NCBI GenBank assembly: GCA_963795085.1
Contig: CAWCFX010000001.1
Span: 1,312,001-1,376,000 of the forward strand
Source: an uncultured Gemmatimonadales bacterium
GTDB taxonomy: Bacteria > Gemmatimonadota > Gemmatimonadetes > Gemmatimonadales > GWC2-71-9
Length of the DNA stretch: 64,000 nt
Reading direction: 5' to 3'
The notes under the pieces are model-generated. The model did no database searches. It was not told where the DNA came from and was given only the letters and a program-made list of their open reading frames with translations. The position numbers and the translations under genes are program-made. Positions within the stretch are counted from its first letter, which is position 1, and every line of letters starts with the position of its first letter. Below are positions 19,317-29,731 of the stretch, in pieces.

Positions 19317-19792
19317 GCAGGGGCTCCGGCCGGGGGGGCAGGCATGTCCGCCCGGTCCCGCATCGTCATGATAGTGGAGACCAGCACGGCGACGGCGCGC
19401 TCGGTGCCATCCCCCGCCAACCCCACGACTTCGGCCTGGCACACGCTCAGGGTGCGCCCGGCGCGGATGACGCGGCCCCGGGCCAGCAGCGCCTCTCCCG
19501 TTGCCGGCGCCATGAGGTTGATCTTGAATTCGACCGTCAGGACGCTGGCATCGGCAGGCATGAGGGAGTACGCCGCGTACCCGCAGGCGCTGTCGGCGAT
19601 AGCAGCCACCGCCGCGGCGTGAACATACCCGTGTTGCTGGGTCAGGTCCCTCCGCATCGGCAACCGGATGTCGACGGCGCCGGCCTCGATGCGCACCAGC
19701 AGCGCCCCGATGGTGGCCATGAACGCCTGGCGTCCAAAGCTCGCGCGAACGCGCTCCTCGAATCCCGAATCAGGAACCACGTTCGGAGTCAT
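19313..19792 (-). CDS. PaaI family thioesterase
   Basis: QQHGYVHA, ADSACG, TVEFKINLMAPA. Confidence 0.88.
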   Translation of the reverse strand: MTPNVVPDSGFEERVRASFGRQAFMATIGALLVRIEAGAVDIRLPMRRDLTQQHGYVHAAAVAAIADSACGYAAYSLMPADASVLTVEFKINLMAPATGEALLARGRVIRAGRTLSVCQAEVVGLAGDGTERAVAVLVSTIMTMRDRADMPAPPAGAPA

Positions 19793-20181
19793 TGGACTGG
19801 CCTTTCCACCAGGTCCCACCGGTTGCCATACAGGTCCCGGAATACCGCCACCATGCCGTACGGCTCCATCCGGGGCGGCTCGTCGAACGCCACTCCGCGC
19901 CCGGCCAGGACGGCGACGTCCCCGGCAAAGTCGTCGGTGTGGAGAAAGAACGCCACCCGGCCGCCGGCCTGGTGTCCCACCTGTGCCCGCTGCTCCGGGG
20001 TCGCTGCCCGGGCCAGGATGACGCCGGTGCCGCCCCCGGGTGGCGCGACCAGGATCCAGCGCTTGTCGCCGGACAGGGGAGTATTCTCGACCAGGGTGAA
20101 TCCCAGCACCCGGGTGAAGTAGTCAATGGCCGGGGTGTAGTCGAGGACCAGGACGGTGACCTGGGCGAGGCGCAGAGACAT
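19789..20181 (-). CDS. VOC/glyoxalase family protein
   Basis: KRWILVAPPG, GGRVAFFLHTDD, FRDLYGNRWDL. Confidence 0.88.
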   Translation of the reverse strand: MSLRLAQVTVLVLDYTPAIDYFTRVLGFTLVENTPLSGDKRWILVAPPGGGTGVILARAATPEQRAQVGHQAGGRVAFFLHTDDFAGDVAVLAGRGVAFDEPPRMEPYGMVAVFRDLYGNRWDLVERPVQ

Positions 20182-20204
20182 CAGGGCTCCGACGGAATCA
20201 AGGC

Positions 20205-20672
20205 TCAGAAGACCGGCTTGAGGGTCATCAGGACCAGCGCCGCGAGCGGGGTACCGAGGGCCACGCCACCCCAGAGTTCCCACCGCCGGGCAATCCGGTG
20301 GTACTGGGCGTAGTCAAAGGCGCCCTGGCTGCCGCGCTCGGCCATGTCGTGCAGCTGCCGCTGGAGCGGTGCCACCCGGGCCATGAAGGCAAGCCCGGAA
20401 ATGGTGAACAGGATGATGCTCCAGAGGATCCAGCCGGTGCCGAAGATCGGCTGGCCGCCGGCCATGGCGGTGGCGATGCCGGCCAGCACGATGAAGAGCA
20501 CTCCGGGCAGGGTGAACAGACGGTCGCTCCGGATGATGCCCTTCATCGTGTGGGCCAGCAGGCGGGGATCCCGGGTCCGGGCTGCGTGGGCGTGCCAGAA
20601 GAGCCCGGTGACGATGTTGCCAAGGAACGCGATCACCGCGACGAGGTGGGCGAGCTTGTACCAGAGATACAT
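20205..20672 (-). CDS. DUF2269-like integral membrane protein
   Basis: KLAHLVAVIAFLGN, DRLFTLPG, C-terminal LMTLKP. Confidence 0.8.
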   Translation of the reverse strand: MYLWYKLAHLVAVIAFLGNIVTGLFWHAHAARTRDPRLLAHTMKGIIRSDRLFTLPGVLFIVLAGIATAMAGGQPIFGTGWILWSIILFTISGLAFMARVAPLQRQLHDMAERGSQGAFDYAQYHRIARRWELWGGVALGTPLAALVLMTLKPVF

Positions 20673-20868
20673 GAGTGCCCCGGAGAAGCGTGAGAGGTGA
20701 CTGCTCCCCAAGGTATCCGACGGCATCCCGGCGGCAAGCCCGGCAGTCCAGCCCATCCGCTTGGTCGCAGGCGTCCAGTTGCGAACTATTCCATCCGCCT
20801 TCCCCGGACCAGGCGAAAATCCCCGGTCCGGCCACCCCGGGTGGGGAGGCCCCCGAATGCGTGCGACC

Positions 20869-22293
20869 TCATGGCTTGTCCGCGGGCGTGATGTTGCGGT
20901 TGGTGCGGAACACGTTCTCGGGATCCCATTTCGCCTTGATCCTGGCCAGGCGGCGCAGGTTGTCGCCCAGGGCCGCCTCGGTGCGCTCCGGTCCTTCGTC
21001 TTCGGTCAGGAAATTGATATAGGTCCCGCCGGTCGAGAAGGATTTCATGTCGTTCCATGCTGCGCGGGCCCACTCCATGTTCTGCCGGTCCGCCTCCGGC
21101 TTTTCCCATGCGCCCGCGATGTTGAGCACGTGGCGGGCCCCGCGATTGCCCACCGCCGAGTGTCCCTCGTCCCCCCGGTTCAGCGCGCCCTCGACCTGGA
21201 AGAAGATGACGGCGGAGTGGGGGGAGGGAATGCGGGCGGCATGGGTCATGAACTTGTCGCACAGCCCGGGCTCGATGCCCGGAAGGTATTCGCTCTTCCA
21301 GTAGTACCGCCGGCCCTTGGGCTGGGTTCCGTCCAGCAGGGACTGCATCTGGGCATAGGGCCGCCGCACCAGCGCGTCGCCGGCGGGCTTGCCATGGGCC
21401 TTGATGGGGGCGACGATACGCTCGCCTTCGGCCGGGTCGCCGCTGTAACAGGCCAGGATCGCGACGATGGGCTGGCCGTGCATTTCCTTCGGGAGCCACG
21501 GCGCCGGCGGGGCCGGCCGCATGAACACGACGAGGGTCAACTCGGGCGGCGCGCTGGCGGCGAGGGTCCGGTACAGTTCCAGCACGCCGGGCGCCTCGCT
21601 GGCCGGCCAGGCGATCGGGCCGCCGACAATGTCCGGGCCGACGGGGTAGAGCCGATAGTCGATTCCGGTCACAATCCCGAAATTTCCGCCGCCGCCCCGG
21701 AGGCCCCAGAACAGGTCCGGATTCTCCGTGTCGCTCGCCCGTACCGCTCGTCCGTCCGCCGTGACGACATCCATCCCGATCACGCTATCCGACGTCCAGC
21801 CCCAGCGGCGGGTCAGGTAACCGAACCCGCCGCCCAGGGTGAGCCCGGCAATGCCGGTGAGCGAGATGAATCCCAGGACGGTCGCGAGGCCGTGCACCTG
21901 GGTCTCGCGATCCACGTCGCCCAGCAGGCAGCCGGCCTGGGCCCGGGCCACTTTCGCCTGCGGGTCCACCCAGACTCCCCGCATGAGCGACATGTCGAGC
22001 ATCAGGGCCCCGTCCGCGACGGCCAGGCCGGCGATATTGTGGCCGCCGCCCTTCATGCACAGGAGCAGCCGGTGTTCCCGGGCGAATTGAACACAGGCGA
22101 TCACGTCGGCGGTGCCGATGCAGCGGGCCACGAGCGCCGGCTTCCGGTCGATCATCCCGTTCCACACCGTGCGTGACTCCTCGTAGCCGGCGTCGCCGGG
22201 AAGCAACAGCGGTCCGCGCAATCGCAGGCGCAGGGCATCGAGGAGGCCCGGGGCCAGGTCGATCTCGCGGCCGTCAGTGGTAATGGCTTTCAT
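20869..22293 (-). CDS. FAD-binding oxidoreductase (VAO/berberine-bridge type)
   Basis: KGGGHN covalent-FAD His motif, LFWGLRGGGGNFG, C-terminal KAKWDPENVF. Confidence 0.92.
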   Translation of the reverse strand: MKAITTDGREIDLAPGLLDALRLRLRGPLLLPGDAGYEESRTVWNGMIDRKPALVARCIGTADVIACVQFAREHRLLLCMKGGGHNIAGLAVADGALMLDMSLMRGVWVDPQAKVARAQAGCLLGDVDRETQVHGLATVLGFISLTGIAGLTLGGGFGYLTRRWGWTSDSVIGMDVVTADGRAVRASDTENPDLFWGLRGGGGNFGIVTGIDYRLYPVGPDIVGGPIAWPASEAPGVLELYRTLAASAPPELTLVVFMRPAPPAPWLPKEMHGQPIVAILACYSGDPAEGERIVAPIKAHGKPAGDALVRRPYAQMQSLLDGTQPKGRRYYWKSEYLPGIEPGLCDKFMTHAARIPSPHSAVIFFQVEGALNRGDEGHSAVGNRGARHVLNIAGAWEKPEADRQNMEWARAAWNDMKSFSTGGTYINFLTEDEGPERTEAALGDNLRRLARIKAKWDPENVFRTNRNITPADKP

Positions 22294-22471
22294 GGTTTTT
22301 CCTTCAATAGCGCCGCAGGGGCAGGACGGAGACGGTGTCCTTATTGGTAATCGCCCGGGCGGTGAGACTCAAGCCAACGGCACGAGGGCCTGGCCGCCAC
22401 GTTCGGCCATTTCGTGCAACTGCCGGCGGCAAGGCCGGAATGCCGGCATGCCCGCGCGCTCGTGCGCCGGG

Positions 22472-23185
22472 CTAGTCCGCCGCGATACGCCGGGCCACCC
22501 GTCCGCTGTCGTCGAGAAACTCGATGCCGGCCCTGCCCACGCTGTCCACGACCATCCGGAGCCGTTCCACCCCTCCGGCATCATGCAGGCTTACCCGGGC
22601 GGCGCCGTCGTGGCGGGAGCGCCCGACATAGACCCGGGGCCGTGCCCTGGCATCCTCCTGAAGCCGGCGTTGCGCGGCTGACCGGCCGGGGCCTTCGGGG
22701 AGCGACTGGATGGAATCGAGCCTGCGATACAGCGCGGCAGTGGTCGGGCCCGGGTAGTCCAGGATGCTGAGGCCGGCCCGCCGGGTCCCCCCGTCCTCGA
22801 TGACCTGGAGCGCGAGGGTCTGATCCCGCTCGTACTGGTCAAAGGTCAGGCTGCCCACCGAGGTCGTCCGCCCGTTCTCGGTCTTGCCCGAAAAGGTGAG
22901 GCCGCCGTTCTCGGTTTGCTCGTCATTGTAGAAAACGATCCCGGGCCGGCCGCCGGCCGGGCGGCCGATCGCTTCCCCGCGATGGAGGACCCGGGGTGAA
23001 CGTGCGCTGTTGGCGATCACCATGCGGATGCGCCCGTCGGGTTCGACCAGGTTGATCCGTTCTACATCGATTTCGGTCATGCGCTCATGTCCCGGCTGGC
23101 GGGTCAGGCCGAGCGTCAGCAGGATGCCAGCGACCAGGAACAGGGACGACGAACCAACCTCAACCAGCGGCAAGCGGGCGGGCAT
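22472..23185 (-). CDS. Hypothetical membrane-anchored protein
   Basis: N-terminal TM, EIDVERINLVEPDG, FYNDEQTENGGL. Confidence 0.7.
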   Translation of the reverse strand: MPARLPLVEVGSSSLFLVAGILLTLGLTRQPGHERMTEIDVERINLVEPDGRIRMVIANSARSPRVLHRGEAIGRPAGGRPGIVFYNDEQTENGGLTFSGKTENGRTTSVGSLTFDQYERDQTLALQVIEDGGTRRAGLSILDYPGPTTAALYRRLDSIQSLPEGPGRSAAQRRLQEDARARPRVYVGRSRHDGAARVSLHDAGGVERLRMVVDSVGRAGIEFLDDSGRVARRIAAD

Positions 23186-23244
23186 GACGGGCTCCTCTGA
23201 ATGGATCGTCGGAGGGACAGGATGCGAAGGGTCCCGGGTTAAAT

Positions 23245-23532
23245 CTAGGGGTGGTAGCCGAGCGTCGGCCTGTACCGCTGTAACTCGCTTTGGATGTTCT
23301 CAACCAGGGTGGAGAGGGGAACACCCGCGGGTGGCGGCTGCTGGCCCGGCCGGGGAGCCAGGACGACGGTGCGCACGTAAGGGCCCGGGGCCTGCTGCCC
23401 GTGGCCAGTTGTCGGAGCGGCGAGGAGCGAGCCCGCTATCACGGCTCGGCACAAATAAGTCAGGCGCTGCAGGGCGATACTCCGGGAAGTCCGGTCTCGC
23501 GATTCGCGGGACACCCCCGACGTACGGGTCAT
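23245..23532 (-). pseudogene. Probable internally deleted remnant of a secreted protein
   Basis: Signal-like segment, then RTVVLAPRPGQQ joined almost directly to a C-terminal-looking IQSELQRYRPTLGYHP. Confidence 0.35.
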
Positions 23533-23560
23533 CGAACGCAAAGTTCCCCGGGCCGTCTCC

Positions 23561-24991
23561 TCAGCGCCGTCGCGTGCCGGTGGTGACCCGGAAAATGGAC
23601 AGCCAGTGGAGTTGCTCGAACGGTCCCGAGGGACCGGCGGTGAAGCCGATCCATACGTCCTGGCCCGGCACATAGAACTGGCTTCCGCTAAGCCGGTACG
23701 CGGGGTATTCGATGCCCTCGCCAATCCGGACCATGGCATGCCTTCCGTTCCGGGTGATCACCAGGTTCCCCACGCCGTCCACGGCATACCTGCCGGCAAT
23801 CGCGTCCAGCTCCCCTGCGCCGAAGGGGCTGTACTCCGGGACCTGGATCGCGGCCGGGGTCCTCCCTTCCATTATGTCCATCAGGGCCCGGGTGAGCAGC
23901 GGCCGGAGCCACTGGGGGATGCTGTTGTTGCTGACGTAGATGACCGAATAGCCCTGGTCCTCGTCGCGATAGGCGGAACTCCAGAATCCCTGGAGCGATC
24001 CCGGGTAGTGGTAGCGCCGCCCCTGGCCGGGGTAGTACCAGCCGAGCAGGTTGATACCCGAACGTCCGCCATACCCGGTGGCCGGGTCGCGAAGCGTCAC
24101 GGCATCCCCTCCCCGGGCAAGGGTTTCGCGCTGCAGTATCGGCCGGGTGTAGAAGGACTGGCTCCACCGGTACAGGTCGCGCGCCGAGAAGTACAGGTTC
24201 GACCCGCCGTAAAATCCTTCGTTGTCGAAGACGTCCTCGACCACCAGGCTGTCGCCATCCGGGCGGTAGCTCATCGTCCGGACACCCTGCCAGTCGCCCA
24301 GCCTGGGCCAGCGGAGGAACGTGTTATCCAAATGAAGTGGCCCGAACACCCGCTCCTGGAGAAAGGCGTCCCAGCGCTGCCCGGTCAGCCGTTCGACTAC
24401 GAGAACGGCGACGTCGAAGCCGATGCTGCTGTACCGGAAGCGGGTGCCCGGTTCGAAATCCAGGGGAACCGCCTGCTGGCGCAGCAGGTTGACCAGCAGC
24501 GCCGTCGTCCTGACCTGGTCGGCCGGCATCAGGTCGTTGAAGAAGTCGTACTCGGCCTCGGGCAGCCCGGTGGTGTGGCTGATCAGGTCCCGGACCCGGG
24601 TCTGGGGATGAGGATACTCCGGGAGATGCTGCTGGACCCGGTCGTCGAGCTTCAGCCGGTCTTCCTGCACCAGCATGAACACCGAGGCCGCCGCCAGGGT
24701 CTTGGTGATGGAAGCTCCATCGGCCGGAGTATCCGGCGTGAAGGCCACGCCGGCCGCCAGGTTGGCCGGCCCGAAGCCCCGGGCGTACAGCGGCTCGCCG
24801 GTGCGGCCCAGCACCACGGCCCCGTTGAAGAGCCCGCGTTCATGAAGAGACAGGAGGAGGCTGTCGGCCCTGGCTCGAACCCTGTCCGCCGGCGTTTGCG
24901 CCGTGAGACAGGGGCCGGCGAGCGTCACCAGCAGGGCCGCGAGACCGCAGGGCCGCATCATGGCAGCAGTCATAGGCAGGGTTCGTTTCAT
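23561..24991 (-). CDS. Serine hydrolase, beta-lactamase/AmpC-like family
   Basis: SxxK motif SITK, LISHTTGL, FRYSS; signal peptide. Confidence 0.88.
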   Translation of the reverse strand: MKRTLPMTAAMMRPCGLAALLVTLAGPCLTAQTPADRVRARADSLLLSLHERGLFNGAVVLGRTGEPLYARGFGPANLAAGVAFTPDTPADGASITKTLAAASVFMLVQEDRLKLDDRVQQHLPEYPHPQTRVRDLISHTTGLPEAEYDFFNDLMPADQVRTTALLVNLLRQQAVPLDFEPGTRFRYSSIGFDVAVLVVERLTGQRWDAFLQERVFGPLHLDNTFLRWPRLGDWQGVRTMSYRPDGDSLVVEDVFDNEGFYGGSNLYFSARDLYRWSQSFYTRPILQRETLARGGDAVTLRDPATGYGGRSGINLLGWYYPGQGRRYHYPGSLQGFWSSAYRDEDQGYSVIYVSNNSIPQWLRPLLTRALMDIMEGRTPAAIQVPEYSPFGAGELDAIAGRYAVDGVGNLVITRNGRHAMVRIGEGIEYPAYRLSGSQFYVPGQDVWIGFTAGPSGPFEQLHWLSIFRVTTGTRRR

Positions 24992-25236
24992 GTCAGGGTC
25001 GAATTGTTGTGTTCGACCGAGGGCGAGCCTGGCCGAATCCAGTTGTCGAGGGTCAGACGCAGATCTCCGTCACCGGAGCGCCATCCCGGAGCATGCGATA
25101 GGGACCCAGGGTCTCCGGGATGTCGAGCAGAGTAACCTGGAGGCTGATCGACTGTCCCGCCAGGTTTCCCCAGTCGCGGGCGGGATGGGGACCCGTCGGC
25201 CCGGACGGGGTTACACTGCCGGGAAGAGCCAGGGGC

Positions 25237-26925
25237 TCACCTTCGGGCGTCCGGCGGGACTCGTGGCGGCGAGCCTCCACCGGTGACCGCGAGCAACTCG
25301 GCATAGAAGGCCCGGGACCGGGTCTCGTCGCCGCTGTCCCGGGCGGCCCGCGCCGCGCCCAGGAGGCTGTTGAATCGCCGCGGATACAGGTCCAGCGACC
25401 GCTGGTAGGCGGCCAGCGCGTCGGCGGGATGGGACTGTTCCATCAGCATGTCTCCCAGGAGTTCCCACCCGGGAAGGGTGGGCGCCGGGGTGACCGCGTG
25501 TTTGGGGGTCGCGGCTTCCAGCTCGGCCGCCTGCCGCAGGAGTGCCAGGGCGCCGGCCTGGTTGCCGGTGGCGTGCGCGACCCACCCTTCCAGCTCGAGC
25601 CGCAGCACCTGGATGTTCCGGGCGAACAGGGTTTCGCCGGACCGTTCGGCTGCATCCTGCAGCGCTCGAAGACGGGCCACCGCCGTCCCCGCGTCCGCCC
25701 TGTCGCCGAGGTGGGCAGCGCCCAGCCCGCGGGCAAACCAGGTCACCGCCTCCGGCCAGGGAAACTGGTCCCATGCGAGCGCCGGCGGATCCCGCGGCGC
25801 CAGGCCCGCGGCGAGGGCCCAGTCCCCCCGCTCAAGCGCGTACCTCGCCCGCGTGCTCGCCAGGTGAAAGGCTGTCTTGAAAGTTGGCTGGAGATTGGGG
25901 GTCCGCTCCAGCCGGGCCACTTGCGCCGCCGCGGAATCATCCTTGCCTTGCTGCAGATAGGCGTACACCAGGTATTCGACGGCGTGGGGAAACTCGTCCC
26001 AGACGAATTGGCCCCGGTCGCCCGCCGGGCTGGCGAGGGCCGCTTCCGCCGCCCGGCGGTTTCCCTCGACCACACGGTCCCATTCACCGAGACGGGTGTA
26101 GATGTGCGTGGGCATGTGCAGGGCGTGGGGATTCTCCGGGGCGACGGTCTCGTATTGCCGGGTGATGTCCGGGGATTCCCGTTCCCGGCCCGGCGCATCG
26201 TTGGCATGCACCAGGTAGTGCATCGCACCGGGGTGGTGGGGATTCTTCCGGTACACGGTCAACAGCAGGGCCGCGGCGCGGTCCGCGTCTCCCGACCGGG
26301 TGGTGTCGGACGGGGCCACGGCGAGGAGCGCCAGCGCATGGAAGGCGGTGATTTCGGGGTCGGCGGGGTAGGCCGCATGCGCCGCGGCCATGGCCTCCTT
26401 CCACCGGCGAATGCGCAACCAGTAGTCGGCCGAGTCCGGGTCACGGAAGAAGGCCGCGGCGGCTTCCACCAGCGAGCGTTCCCGCCCGCTGGGAGGCGCG
26501 AGGGACCGGGCCCGCCCGACCGCCTCCCACCCTCGCCGGAGTTCCGCATTCCCCGGACGGGTGGGCCAGAGTGGCTGAAACAGCGTCATCGCAATCCCCC
26601 AGTGGGCCATGGCGCACCGGGTATCTCGTTGAGCCGCCTGCTCGAAGGCCTCTCGCGCGCGCGGGTAGGTCATGTGGTGAAGGAGGGCCACGCCGCGGGT
26701 GAAGTCTTCCTGCGCGGCGGGCGAACAGGACACGGGGAAGCGAACCGTACCCAGGCCAGGGGGTGCGTGGTCCTGGCCCCCGACTCTGCTCGTGACCGAC
26801 AGGACGAGAAAGCTGATGGCCAGCGCGGCGCGGCCGGCGCGAAACCGGGGCAGAGGCCGGCGGGGTGGTCTGTACCTGAGGTTTACGATCACGTTATTCC
26901 GGATGAAGTTCCGCCCCGCGCCCAT
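25237..26925 (-). CDS. Secreted TPR-repeat protein
   Basis: GTVRFPVSC, HPGAMHYLVHAND, HALHMPTHIYTRLG; start uncertain. Confidence 0.8.
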   Translation of the reverse strand: MGAGRNFIRNNVIVNLRYRPPRRPLPRFRAGRAALAISFLVLSVTSRVGGQDHAPPGLGTVRFPVSCSPAAQEDFTRGVALLHHMTYPRAREAFEQAAQRDTRCAMAHWGIAMTLFQPLWPTRPGNAELRRGWEAVGRARSLAPPSGRERSLVEAAAAFFRDPDSADYWLRIRRWKEAMAAAHAAYPADPEITAFHALALLAVAPSDTTRSGDADRAAALLLTVYRKNPHHPGAMHYLVHANDAPGRERESPDITRQYETVAPENPHALHMPTHIYTRLGEWDRVVEGNRRAAEAALASPAGDRGQFVWDEFPHAVEYLVYAYLQQGKDDSAAAQVARLERTPNLQPTFKTAFHLASTRARYALERGDWALAAGLAPRDPPALAWDQFPWPEAVTWFARGLGAAHLGDRADAGTAVARLRALQDAAERSGETLFARNIQVLRLELEGWVAHATGNQAGALALLRQAAELEAATPKHAVTPAPTLPGWELLGDMLMEQSHPADALAAYQRSLDLYPRRFNSLLGAARAARDSGDETRSRAFYAELLAVTGGGSPPRVPPDARR

Positions 26926-26927
26926 AC

Positions 26928-28205
26928 TCAGCGGGACACGAAGATCTCGAAAAACGCCTGGGCGAAGGGGGAGCGTTCGACCTCGGCGTCACCCAGCGGG
27001 TTATCCCACCATACGCCTTCGCTGTTGGCCAGCAGGATGAAGGTAAGCCCCAGGTCCGGGATCTTGAGGTACAACGCCGAATAGGCGTCCTCCCACCAGC
27101 CGGAATGCCAGGCCACCATGTGCCCGGCAGCCTTCTGCACAAACCAGCCGACGCCGTAGGGCAGGGGGGTGCCATTGTTCGCCTGATGGGGTGTCAGCAT
27201 CATCTCCCGCCAACCGGGAGAAATCAGCACGCCACCGTCCAGCGCGAGATCGAACTTCACCAGGTCCAGCACGGTCGTGATCACTCCGCCCGCGGCGCCA
27301 TCGCCCTGGGCCGGGCGCGGTGGAGCCCGCTCCAGCGCACCCGACGGACCCACCCGGTGGGGGGGCGCCAGCCGGCGGACGAGCTCCTCCCTCAGCGGCA
27401 GGTCGCGGTGAACCCGGGCCGACTGGGTCATGCCGGCTGGCCTGAATACGTAGCGTTCGACGAGCTCGGAGAACCCGGTGTCCGTCACGGCCATGATGGG
27501 GCGCGATGCCCAGGAAAACAGCACCGGGTTGTAGGAGAAGCGGGTACCGGGAATGCCCGTCGCCGTGTGTGTCAGCAGGTGCCGCAGGGTGTGAATCGGA
27601 GGTTGGCAGCGAAGGTCCCTGGCGAAGATGGATGGCTGCCGGCTGAATGCCTCGCAGAAGTCAGCCCATTCACTGTATTCTGCCATCGGCCGGTCCAGCT
27701 GGAGCCGCCCGTCCTCCGCCAGGCGAAGCGCGACCACCGCCGAGATCGGTTTGCTGACCGAGGCGATGTCGTAGACCGTCTCGGCGCTTGCCGGTATCCC
27801 CGCTTCGAGGTCGGCCTCGCCCAATCCCGCCGCGATCACCAACTCCCCGCGTCGTACCACCGCGAAGGACAGCCCGGGAATGTGCTGAGCCCGGCGGAGG
27901 GAATCGAGCCGGTGGACGAAGGTGGCGATGTCGGGCCGCGCGGACGCCGGCGCCGCCTGGCTCTGCAGGGTGCCGGCGCCGGCGGCGAACAGCGGGACGA
28001 GGGCCGTCGCGATCCGGATGTTACACCCGCTCGCGTATCGGTGGGCCCTGGTTTCGATGCCAGTAGCCGACGTCGATCCACTGGCCGAACTTGATCCCCA
28101 CTTCCGGGAAATGGGCCCCTTGCGTCGCCGCTGGCGAACTGCAGCACGGCCACCAGGTGCACGGCCGATGTGTGACGGTGGCGATCCTGAAAAGGCGCCG
28201 CTCAA
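26928..28205 (-). CDS. Serine hydrolase, beta-lactamase family
   Basis: IASVSK, LLTHT, FSYN, WHSG; true start probably downstream of the ORF start. Confidence 0.82.
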   Translation of the reverse strand: MSGAFSGSPPSHIGRAPGGRAAVRQRRRKGPISRKWGSSSASGSTSATGIETRAHRYASGCNIRIATALVPLFAAGAGTLQSQAAPASARPDIATFVHRLDSLRRAQHIPGLSFAVVRRGELVIAAGLGEADLEAGIPASAETVYDIASVSKPISAVVALRLAEDGRLQLDRPMAEYSEWADFCEAFSRQPSIFARDLRCQPPIHTLRHLLTHTATGIPGTRFSYNPVLFSWASRPIMAVTDTGFSELVERYVFRPAGMTQSARVHRDLPLREELVRRLAPPHRVGPSGALERAPPRPAQGDGAAGGVITTVLDLVKFDLALDGGVLISPGWREMMLTPHQANNGTPLPYGVGWFVQKAAGHMVAWHSGWWEDAYSALYLKIPDLGLTFILLANSEGVWWDNPLGDAEVERSPFAQAFFEIFVSR

Positions 28206-28690
28206 TGAGTCACCGGTGCCAGCTGGAAACGGCCCTCAGCGGTCGGCCCGATGAAGGACACGTAGCTCCAGGCTCCCACCAGGCGGTCCCCTTGCCAGCG
28301 GCCCAGGAGACCGACGTTGTTGTCGGCGTTGCCGGGGGAAAGGTCCACCAGGACCCCTTCGGGGGTCGTCGCGGCCCGAAGTGCTCCGCTTCCCACCTGG
28401 GGACCGACCTTGGTCCTCCGGTCGGCTCCTTCGGCCCACTCGATCGTCCACGTGCCCCGGGTCCGCCAGTCGCAGCAGGCTCCCCCGCCATCAGACGTGT
28501 CTGCCGGGACCGAGACTTCTACCGCTTCCATTACCAGGGTGCCACGGAGCACCGGACGGCCCGCACCGTCCCTGGCTTCGTACTCATAGGTCCCGGGGGC
28601 AACGGTGCCCAGCGCCAGATTTGACCCGGCCGGGTCGCGGCCTGTGCATGCGACCAGGCAAACGACAATGACGGCGATCAGCCTTGGCAT
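28202..28690 (-). CDS. Hypothetical lipoprotein
   Basis: RBS GGAGGGG, MPRLIAVIVVCLVAC lipobox, beta-rich body. Confidence 0.7.
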   Translation of the reverse strand: MPRLIAVIVVCLVACTGRDPAGSNLALGTVAPGTYEYEARDGAGRPVLRGTLVMEAVEVSVPADTSDGGGACCDWRTRGTWTIEWAEGADRRTKVGPQVGSGALRAATTPEGVLVDLSPGNADNNVGLLGRWQGDRLVGAWSYVSFIGPTAEGRFQLAPVTH

Positions 28691-28854
28691 ATCCCCTCCA
28701 TGATTGGCATGACCGGGAGACTCCTCCCGCCGGCGCGGGGTCACAGCCCCGAGAGCGCCAGCGGGACCCCCTTCCCACGCTTCTGCCGGAACCCGCGCCG
28801 GTGACCGCGAGAGCAGGTTCGCGTAGCAGGTCCGGGCCCGGGCGGGCCGCCCCA

Positions 28855-29379
28855 TTAACTGAGACGCTTGTAGAAGATCACGGCATCGTGGGGGGTGCCG
28901 TCGTTGTCCAGGGCGAACCCGGGAATGCAGCCCGCTTCGGTCCAGGCCCGTCGGCGATAGAGCCGCTCCGCGGTGTCTCCTCGCCGGGTATCGAGGGTCA
29001 GCAGGGTGATCCCTTGTTCCGCCGAGACCCGTTCGATTGCCTCCATCAGCCGGGTGCCCAATCCTCCGCGGCGCGCCCCGCGATCCACCAGCAGCTTGGC
29101 GATGTCGCCCCGGTGCGGCTGGTTGGGCGCCCAGGCCGGCTGCATCTGCACGGTGCCCACGATGCCCCGTTCATCGCGTGCCACCAGGACCAGCGGACCC
29201 GGTGTGCGGTCGAACACCCCTCGCCACCAGTGGCGCGCCGTATCGAGGGGAAGCGGGGCCAGGAAGCTGGCCGCGGCGCCGCCCTCCACCGCATCCACCA
29301 GCAGCCGGGCCAGGTCGTCGAGGTCACCACCGGTGGGTGCCAGGAGCCGCTCGATGCGTGGACCGGCCGGCGCGATCAC
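28855..29379 (-). CDS. GNAT acetyltransferase
   Basis: NQPHRGDIAKLLV..ARRGGLG, LLTLDT, AERLY. Confidence 0.88.
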   Translation of the reverse strand: MIAPAGPRIERLLAPTGGDLDDLARLLVDAVEGGAAASFLAPLPLDTARHWWRGVFDRTPGPLVLVARDERGIVGTVQMQPAWAPNQPHRGDIAKLLVDRGARRGGLGTRLMEAIERVSAEQGITLLTLDTRRGDTAERLYRRRAWTEAGCIPGFALDNDGTPHDAVIFYKRLS

Positions 29380-29711
29380 CCGAGGTTCTCCTGGATGAAG
29401 CGGGGACTCAGGTGGACATCAACCTGGACCAGGGGATCGGTGCCGATACAGCGAAAGCCATGGACTTCTCCCGCCTTGATGACCAGGATATCGCCGGCGC
29501 CCGCCTCGAAGCTCTCTCCGTCGACCGTCCAGAGCCCGCGCCCCTCCAGGATGAATTGGACCTCGTCGTACGGGTGGCGATGGGGGCCGGGTCCTTGCCC
29601 GGCCTCACCGCGAAAGAGGAACGTCGAAATTCCTACATCCCCGTGCGTGGCGCCAACGAAGTGGTGCGAACTGCCGCGGAAGGGCAGGTCCTGTTGCCGG
29701 GTTCGGTACAC
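29376..29711 (-). CDS. Cupin domain protein
   Basis: GPHRHPYDE and GEVHGF; GTG start with GGAGG upstream. Confidence 0.82.
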   Translation of the reverse strand: MYRTRQQDLPFRGSSHHFVGATHGDVGISTFLFRGEAGQGPGPHRHPYDEVQFILEGRGLWTVDGESFEAGAGDILVIKAGEVHGFRCIGTDPLVQVDVHLSPRFIQENLG

Positions 29712-29731
29712 GTGGCTCCCTCCGCCGGGGG

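Noticed and set aside
23561..28205. Serine hydrolases as true beta-lactam resistance genes
   Set aside because: The SxxK family is broad (esterases, peptidases) and nothing here specifies beta-lactamase activity.
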